Source: Cyanobacteria bacterium P01_D01_bin.156
GTDB taxonomy: Bacteria; Cyanobacteriota; Cyanobacteriia; Phormidesmidales; Phormidesmidaceae
Reading direction: 5' to 3'
DNA: 13,846 nucleotides
NCBI GenBank assembly: GCA_039024555.1
Contig: JBCCQQ010000101.1
Location: forward strand, 1-13,846
Below are positions 8,417 to 13,846 of this stretch, in pieces; position 1 is the stretch's first letter; every line of letters begins with the position of its first letter. The translations under genes and the position numbers were made by a program. The notes beneath the pieces were generated by a model. The model searched no databases. It saw only the letters and a program-made list of their open reading frames with translations, and was not told the DNA's origin.

Positions 8417-9493
8417 ATGCAAGGACAGCGTGATCAGATACATAATCGGTTGAACGGTTCAAAGACAATTTATTTACTCAAGAATGGCACCTGCCAGCAA
8501 CCATCGCTGTGGGCAAGCACACCGTTACCCCGTTCTTATTCTCGCCGGCAAGCGCTCAAGCTGCTGGGTTTGTCGGCAGCAACGGCTATGGTCACCGCAG
8601 GTTGCCACAGCACGCCGTCACAACGAGGTCTAGATCAACTACTCAAAATCTCACGCTTTAAGACCATTCAATTAGGGTCTCAAGGTGAAGTACTTGCAAA
8701 AAAATCGATGCAGGTCAGCTACTTTGATGAGCCTGCATTGAGATCCCAGCTACGGCGAGTCTTGCCATTGCGGATGGTGCAAATTCCAGCCGGTAAGTTT
8801 TTGATGGGATCGCCCGCCACTGAACTGAACCATACAGATCAAGAAGGCCCCCAGCAAACAATCCAAGTGCCTACCTTTTATATGGGAGCGTTTGCGGTTA
8901 CTCAGCGACAGTATGAAGCTGTAATGGACAATAATCCTGCTTATTTTGTGGACGATCAGGTGGAGAATGCCGCTAATCTACCGGTAGAGCAAGTGTCTTG
9001 GCAAGATGCGGAGTTGTTTTGTAAACAGCTGAGTGAGCTGACAGGGAGAATATATCGTTTGCCTAGTGAAGCTGAGTGGGAATATGCCTGTCGGGCAGGA
9101 ACAACTACCCCTTTCTGTTATGGGGAGAGTATCACAACAGAAATTGTGAATTTCTTTGCTGATTTTACGGTTATTGATACTGAAAATTATGAAGAGAACT
9201 ATCGCAATATCCCCGTCGCTGCTGATAGCTTTTGGCCCAATGCATTTGGTTTATACAATATGCACGGTAATGTGTTGGAGTGGTGTGCTGATGACTATCA
9301 TGAGACTTATCAAGATAGGCCATCAGATGCTAAACCCTGGCTTTCTGGAGATTCTCAAGCATCGAAAGTGATGCGTGGTGGCTCATGGTTTAACGATACG
9401 CCGTTTTGTCGTTCGGCCTCCCGTGATAAAAACACCCGAACAGGTCTGAGTAATTCTTTTGGTTTTCGTGTTGTTTGTGAAGCTATGAATTAA
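8417..9493 (+). CDS. Formylglycine-generating enzyme (FGE/SUMF1)-like domain protein, probable Tat lipoprotein
   Basis: MVQIPAGKFLMGS, VTQRQY, LPVEQVSW, RLPSEAEWEYACRAG, NAFGLYNMHGNVLEWC, RGGSW, GFRV. SRRQALK plus hydrophobic stretch plus TAGC lipobox. AAGGAG just upstream of the ATG. Confidence 0.9.
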   Translation: MQGQRDQIHNRLNGSKTIYLLKNGTCQQPSLWASTPLPRSYSRRQALKLLGLSAATAMVTAGCHSTPSQRGLDQLLKISRFKTIQLGSQGEVLAKKSMQVSYFDEPALRSQLRRVLPLRMVQIPAGKFLMGSPATELNHTDQEGPQQTIQVPTFYMGAFAVTQRQYEAVMDNNPAYFVDDQVENAANLPVEQVSWQDAELFCKQLSELTGRIYRLPSEAEWEYACRAGTTTPFCYGESITTEIVNFFADFTVIDTENYEENYRNIPVAADSFWPNAFGLYNMHGNVLEWCADDYHETYQDRPSDAKPWLSGDSQASKVMRGGSWFNDTPFCRSASRDKNTRTGLSNSFGFRVVCEAMN

Positions 9494-9720
9494 TCAAAAT
9501 GCCTACCTTCTGACTTAGAACTGGGGTAGGTCAGAGTGTCGGGCTAAGTCAGCAATGAAATACTTTGAATGCTAAGGGTTTGTTAAACATTAGAATCATG
9601 GCTTAACAAGCTTTTCAGGCTTAAACCATGAAGTCGTTGCTTAACAGCTCCTAAGCCATGCCAGTATGGATTGCCTAAGTCGTCTGATACTCTGTAAGCA
9701 AGTGTGTTTGGTGATGCAGC

Positions 9721-10443
9721 GTGGTTCCTATTCGTGATGAAAACCCGGTTCAGATCACACCCTATGCGACTTACGGACTAATCCTGCTGAATGTTTTAGT
9801 CTTTTTCTATGAACTTACCCTGTCTTCTCCTATGGAGCTGACGGCGTTATTTCGCACCTGGGCTGTGGTGCCAGAACAGCTGACGGAAAGCTTTTTTGCG
9901 GGTCAATCCATACCCTTTGACTTGCATGAGTGGTCCACCCTATTGACTAGCCAATTTCTGCATGCGGGTTTTCTCCACTTGGCGGGCAATATGCTCTACC
10001 TATGGATTTTTGGCAATAACGTAGAAGAACAGCTGGGACGGATACGCTTCATTTTTCTGTACTTAACTTGCGGTGTATTAGCGGCATTAACCCAGTGGTA
10101 CTTTGGCATGTTTTCTGAGGTGCCATCCCTCGGGGCAAGCGGTGCGATCGCGGGTGTGATGGGGGCCTATATTTTCAAATTTCCTACCGTGCGTATCCTC
10201 ACCATTGTGCCGTTGGGCTTCCTATTTTTACCGTTTAGGGTGCCAGCTATTTTCTATCTGGGCTTTTGGTTCTTGCAGCAAGCGGCCTACAGCATTGCTA
10301 GCTTGAGTATCCCCACCAATGTGGGGATGGCAGATGGCGGCATCGCCTACTGGGCCCATGCTGGTGGATTTGTATTTGGGGCTCTTTTAGGTCCAGCTCT
10401 GGGGCTATTTGATAATTCTGACGATGATCTTCAGGAAGTATAG
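9721..10443 (+). CDS. Rhomboid family intramembrane serine protease
   Basis: FLHAGFLHLAGNMLYLWIFGNNVE, catalytic GASG and AYWAHAGG. Confidence 0.95.
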   Translation: MVPIRDENPVQITPYATYGLILLNVLVFFYELTLSSPMELTALFRTWAVVPEQLTESFFAGQSIPFDLHEWSTLLTSQFLHAGFLHLAGNMLYLWIFGNNVEEQLGRIRFIFLYLTCGVLAALTQWYFGMFSEVPSLGASGAIAGVMGAYIFKFPTVRILTIVPLGFLFLPFRVPAIFYLGFWFLQQAAYSIASLSIPTNVGMADGGIAYWAHAGGFVFGALLGPALGLFDNSDDDLQEV

Positions 10444-10493
10444 ACCCTGAGGAGCGCCACACATTCTAGATTTCTATCGCTATAGTTTTAGGT

Positions 10494-11717
10494 GTGGTGG
10501 CTTTGGGAGAGTGGGCTGTGTATCGACGGCTTCAAAAGGTTTGTAGCGTTTTTGTAGGGGGTGCGATTTCTCTCTCAGGACTGACGGCTTGCGCGTTCAG
10601 CTCTAGCAGCCCTTCCGTCGCTGATTCAACTGATACCGCTGTTGCTCAGCCTGCCAACGAAGGCTTTCAGATCGTTACAATTTTACAGAACCTCGAACAT
10701 CCATGGGGTTTAACGTGGTTACCCGATGGCACCATGCTCATTACTGAACGAGCCGGGCGCGTGCGTATCGCTCGTGACGGGGGCCTAGACCCAACGCCGA
10801 TTTCTGGACTGCCTGATATTTTGGCTGCGGGCCAGGGCGGTTTGCTAGATATAGCTGCACACCCTAACTTTGAGGAAAATCGTTCTGTTTACTTTTCCTA
10901 TTCCCACGGAAATACTTCAGCGAACCGCACCCGAATTGCCCGTGCCACATTTGATGGAAGTTCTTTAAATAATTGGCAGGTAATCTTTGAAGTCTCTCAA
11001 CCTAAAGCTAGAGCGCAACACTTTGGCTCTCGGTTAGAGTGGCTGCCCGATAACACACTGTTAGCCTCCATCGGGGATGGGGGTAACCCTCCCATTGAGC
11101 TAGAAGGTAGCTTTATTCGTCAACAGGCTCAAAATTTGAGTAGTCATCTCGGTAAAGTGATCCGAATTAATGATGATGGCTCCATTCCATCGAATAATCC
11201 TTATGTTAGTAACGCTGATGCTGCACCGGAGGTGTGGAGCTATGGTCATCGAAACATTCAAGGACTGGCGCTGGATACAGTGACCAATCAGGTATGGGCC
11301 ACAGAGCATGGGGCGCGTGGGGGTGATGAGGTTAATCAGCTAGCAGCTGGAGAGAATTATGGTTGGCCTGTTGCTACCCACAGCCGAGAATATTCTGGAG
11401 GGTTAATCTCCCCAGAAACGTCATTGCCGGGAATGCTTGATCCTCAGCTTATTTGGACCCCTTCCATCGCTCCATCAGGCTTAGAGGTATATCGAGGAGA
11501 TATTTTTCCTGACTGGCAAGGAGATTTATTTGCAGGTGGCTTAGTATCTCAAGATATTCGTCATATACAGATAGATGAGTCGGGGAATGTTGTTGGTGAA
11601 GAATCCATTGCCATTGGTCAGCGGGTGCGAGATGTACAACAAGGCCCGGATGGTTTGTTATATGTACTGACCGATGAATCGAATGGACAACTTCTTCGTT
11701 TTGAACCTGCTGAATAG
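10494..11717 (+). CDS. PQQ-dependent aldose/sugar dehydrogenase (YliI/GSDH family), probable lipoprotein
   Basis: LEHPWGL, ITERAG, GQGGLLDI, QHFGSRL, YGHRNIQG, EHGARGGDE, NYGWP, RVRDV. LTAC lipobox. The start is uncertain (alternative GTG at 10518). Confidence 0.92.
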   Translation: MVALGEWAVYRRLQKVCSVFVGGAISLSGLTACAFSSSSPSVADSTDTAVAQPANEGFQIVTILQNLEHPWGLTWLPDGTMLITERAGRVRIARDGGLDPTPISGLPDILAAGQGGLLDIAAHPNFEENRSVYFSYSHGNTSANRTRIARATFDGSSLNNWQVIFEVSQPKARAQHFGSRLEWLPDNTLLASIGDGGNPPIELEGSFIRQQAQNLSSHLGKVIRINDDGSIPSNNPYVSNADAAPEVWSYGHRNIQGLALDTVTNQVWATEHGARGGDEVNQLAAGENYGWPVATHSREYSGGLISPETSLPGMLDPQLIWTPSIAPSGLEVYRGDIFPDWQGDLFAGGLVSQDIRHIQIDESGNVVGEESIAIGQRVRDVQQGPDGLLYVLTDESNGQLLRFEPAE

Positions 11718-11750
11718 GTTTCATTGTAGTTCTGAGCGTGTGAAGCGATA

Positions 11751-11791
11751 TCTCGGCTGATTGATTGGCTTGACTCAGCTATTGGCCGAGA
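11751..11791 (+). terminator. Hairpin downstream of the sugar dehydrogenase
   Basis: TCTCGGCTGAT 11751-11761 pairs with ATTGGCCGAGA 11781-11791 (2 G-U pairs). There is no clear U-tract. Confidence 0.4.
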
Positions 11792-11890
11792 ATAAAGACT
11801 GTTATTTGCTCTCAGCTCACCTTGCGACTCTTTAAAAAAAGTAAAATCAGGTGCTGAAGAATAGATACAGCTGTTAATGTTGTGTTTATT

Positions 11891-11962
11891 GCGGATGTAG
11901 TTCAGTGGTAGAACGTCAGCTTCCCAAGCTGAATGTCGTGGGTTCGAGTCCCATCATCCGCT
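11891..11962 (+). tRNA. tRNA-Gly (anticodon CCC)
   Basis: Acceptor stem GCGGATG/CATCCGC, D-arm GTTC-AGTGGTA-GAAC, anticodon arm TCAGC-TTCCCAA-GCTGA (CCC at 11923-11925), T-arm GTGGG-TTCGAGT-CCCAT. CCA is not encoded. Confidence 0.97.
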
Positions 11963-12207
11963 TTGTAATGTTTACTTCAAAAGTATTATTGCTTGTTATT
12001 AGGTTTATCTATGCTAACCATTGCAGAATTTTAACTTCCAGGTCATTGGAGAGTCTGAATGCTGTGATATTAACTAAGAGGAGATTTATGTGAGTCAATT
12101 CTTTTGTCGCGTTAATGAATTGCATTCATCTGATTTCTTCTAACTCTAATAAAGTATATTTGAATTCTTGAGTAAGCTACTATTAGTGAAAGCTAAACTG
12201 CTTATAT

Positions 12208-12762
12208 TTACCACCCCATTGATCTCAGATACTTGTCGAGTGAGTAGTTCCTCAGAGGAGTACTAGATTTGATATACAGGGGATGTCTAGGGGAGCCATC
12301 AGCATTTATTAACCAGGTGGTTACTCTCCCTGTCCAATTGTCTAGCTGTTTTGACGCTTGGTAGAGTGCACTTTGAAATATTTGCTTACTATGTATTACT
12401 TTCGGTGCTCTTCCCCATGCCAATGCGACTGTATCTTCTGATGGGTTCAGTTCTCTCAAAACTTTGGCCCATGTATCCCAATTCTGGGGGCCTACAGGTG
12501 ATATGTGGGACAACATAGTAGTTGGGTTAGTTGCACGGAGAGCAAATAAATTAACAACAATAAGTTTTGCAAAGTCATTGTTTTTTGTGAGTCTTCGAAG
12601 ACTTGCTATTGTTGGGTCATCTTTTGTTTCGTCAGCAGTAGATGGATTCAACATACAGACCATTAAAGTCTTTTTGCCTCCGCTAATAATGTCTCTTTTG
12701 AGGAGGTATCGGTAATTTGGTTTAGGCATGCTAGCTATTGAAAAAAAATTGCTCCCATTCAC
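12208..12762 (-). CDS. DUF1643 family protein
   Basis: YRYLLKR, MLNPSTAD...DDPT, VNLFALRATNP, GPQN, LAWG, DGSPRHPLY are the family hallmarks. GTG start at 12762, alternative ATG at 12729. Confidence 0.9.
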   Translation of the reverse strand: MNGSNFFSIASMPKPNYRYLLKRDIISGGKKTLMVCMLNPSTADETKDDPTIASLRRLTKNNDFAKLIVVNLFALRATNPTTMLSHISPVGPQNWDTWAKVLRELNPSEDTVALAWGRAPKVIHSKQIFQSALYQASKQLDNWTGRVTTWLINADGSPRHPLYIKSSTPLRNYSLDKYLRSMGW

Positions 12763-12807
12763 TATGTTATTTAGCCTTAGGAGAAGAGTAAGTCTGTTGA
12801 ATGGGAC

Positions 12808-13491
12808 TCATAACTTATCAGCAAAGACAACACTAGAAATAGTCTTGATAATAGGATTCACAACAGCAAGAGTGATAGCAATAACTACACCCCAGATTAT
12901 TGCTTGCTTCGTTGAGTAAATATCTATACGCTTTTCTAGATCATTTAAACGCTCAACAACTGATGGTAGTGATGTAGTAGGTTCTAGGCCATTTACTATA
13001 TCAGTTGAAATAGAGGTATAACCCGGTTTTTCACGTGCTGAATCATCATATTGGTCTAAACTTGCAAACCATATGGTAAAAAGTTTCTGTTTATATTCGA
13101 TCTGGTAGTTTAATGGGCCAGCATTATATACAGAAAAAACAAGTTTTCCAGAATAACCTGGATCTACGTGAAAACCAGAAACATTGACTAAACCTTTCGA
13201 CTTAGCACTAAATCTCATGGATATAAAGGCTATGGCATCTTCAGGAACAGTAATAACTTCTTCAGTGATTAGATATGCAAATTGTCCAGGAGGAATTAGA
13301 ATAGCTTCTCGTGCCTGAAGTATTCTTTTTGTTCTCTTGTCTAATGGAGTACTTGGTAAGGCTGAAATATAGACCTCATCGCCTAAACTTAAACCGTAGG
13401 AAGCAGATTCAACTCGCTTGTGGTTATATGGTTTGATTAGTTCTTCTTCAGAAATTCGGGTTCGTAGAGTTTGAGATGACCAAAAGCTCAC
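12808..13491 (-). CDS. dCTP deaminase/dUTPase (trimeric) fold protein with C-terminal coiled coil and TM helix
   Basis: ASYGLSLG, IPPGQFAYLITEE..VPED, GL..SGFHVDPGYSGKL..VYNAG give the Dcd fold. LPSVVERLNDLEKRID is coiled-coil-like, followed by hydrophobic AIIWGVVIAITLAVV. GTG start overlaps the upstream stop. Confidence 0.82.
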   Translation of the reverse strand: MSFWSSQTLRTRISEEELIKPYNHKRVESASYGLSLGDEVYISALPSTPLDKRTKRILQAREAILIPPGQFAYLITEEVITVPEDAIAFISMRFSAKSKGLVNVSGFHVDPGYSGKLVFSVYNAGPLNYQIEYKQKLFTIWFASLDQYDDSAREKPGYTSISTDIVNGLEPTTSLPSVVERLNDLEKRIDIYSTKQAIIWGVVIAITLAVVNPIIKTISSVVFADKL

Positions 13492-13846
13492 AAGATCATC
13501 TCCCGAAAAATATTTTTAAGTGAGTGACTTTGTTCAACCTCTTGGAGTCGTTGGCTAGAAGCTTCAAATATTTCCAAATTACGTTTGTCTGCTTCTGCTA
13601 AGAGGAGAGCCAAGAATGACTCCAAGTTTTTGTGCCAAACTTGTCTGACAGGATAATCTTCTTGATGATCTGTTGCCTCACAAGCTTTAGCTAATTTTGA
13701 TAAAAGATAAATATACTCGTTGATAAAATTTTGCTCTGTTTGTTCTTTTCGTTGCTTTTCGATAGCGTCTAGATGCTGGCTAAAGTCAAGGTTTAACAGA
13801 TTGCCTGCTGAGATAGTCATGATAAATGAGTCAATCAAAGCTTTTC
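13488..13846 (-). CDS. Hypothetical helical protein, probably the C-terminal part of a gene that starts beyond the window
   Basis: The frame stays open to the window edge (..AAA GCT TTG ATT). Its TGA overlaps the next GTG (GTGA at 13491-13488). No family recognised. Confidence 0.65.
   Translation of the reverse strand, partial: KALIDSFIMTISAGNLLNLDFSQHLDAIEKQRKEQTEQNFINEYIYLLSKLAKACEATDHQEDYPVRQVWHKNLESFLALLLAEADKRNLEIFEASSQRLQEVEQSHSLKNIFREMIL

Larger units (their letters stand above)
2035..10151. repeat. Dispersed HIP1 octamers (GCGATCGC), five copies
   Basis: Seen at 2035-2042, 4033-4040, 7993-8000, 8159-8166 and 10144-10151. HIP1 enrichment is a known cyanobacterial hallmark. Confidence 0.85.
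11963..13846. mobile_element. Putative genomic island edge adjoining tRNA-Gly
   Basis: The sequence turns AT-rich right after the tRNA 3' end. Hand-counted sample lines: 22/60 GC at 12001 and 19/60 at 13081, against 30/60 at 7021. The genes are non-core. No integrase or att repeat is visible in the window. Confidence 0.6.

Noticed and set aside
9601..9648. CTTAA repeats as a cyanobacterial Pho box
   Set aside because: The spacing is 18 and 20 bp rather than the expected 11-bp period.
11905..12093. 62-aa ORF
   Set aside because: It is a read-through of the tRNA-Gly sequence, a common spurious ORF.
12077..12143. AGAGGAG followed by ATG-TGA, and an overlapping 17-codon GTG ORF
   Set aside because: Too short to support. 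It could be chance or a gene remnant in AT-rich DNA.
359..12919. Short overlapping or antisense ORFs (359, 1066, 2320, 4238, 4521, 5134, 6567, 7983, 8195, 9156, 11100, 11449, 12464, 12728)
   Set aside because: They overlap well-supported genes, mostly as alternative-frame or antisense shadows, and carry no recognisable motifs.
11963..13846. Absence of HIP1 as evidence of foreign origin
   Set aside because: At about 5 sites per 12 kb, finding none in 1.9 kb is not significant.
1..13846. CRISPR array or other regular repeat-spacer array
   Set aside because: By eye I found no regularly spaced direct repeats of 20 bp or more in any intergenic region.

Overview
This looks like a cyanobacterial chromosome segment (psbY, five HIP1 GCGATCGC octamers, a Uma2 family gene). 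Positions 1-11962 are mostly ordinary core genome at roughly 50% GC. In order they hold a possible IS5-like end, DUF58, a ferredoxin/MBL-fold hydrolase, a GT-C-like membrane protein, an SDR, TIGR03643, psbY (missed by the ORF track), a Uma2 pseudogene with several lesions, rdgB, an MsbA-like ABC exporter, an FGE-domain Tat lipoprotein, a rhomboid, a PQQ sugar dehydrogenase and tRNA-Gly(CCC). Right after the tRNA 3' end GC drops to roughly the mid-30s, and a tight minus-strand operon begins that runs off the window edge. It encodes an unknown helical protein, then a dCTP-deaminase/dUTPase-fold protein with altered catalytic residues plus a C-terminal coiled coil and TM helix, then a DUF1643 protein with uracil-DNA-glycosylase-like motifs. 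This tRNA-island cassette is the best candidate for an undescribed system, plausibly anti-phage defence centred on uracil or modified pyrimidines. That function is inferred, not shown.
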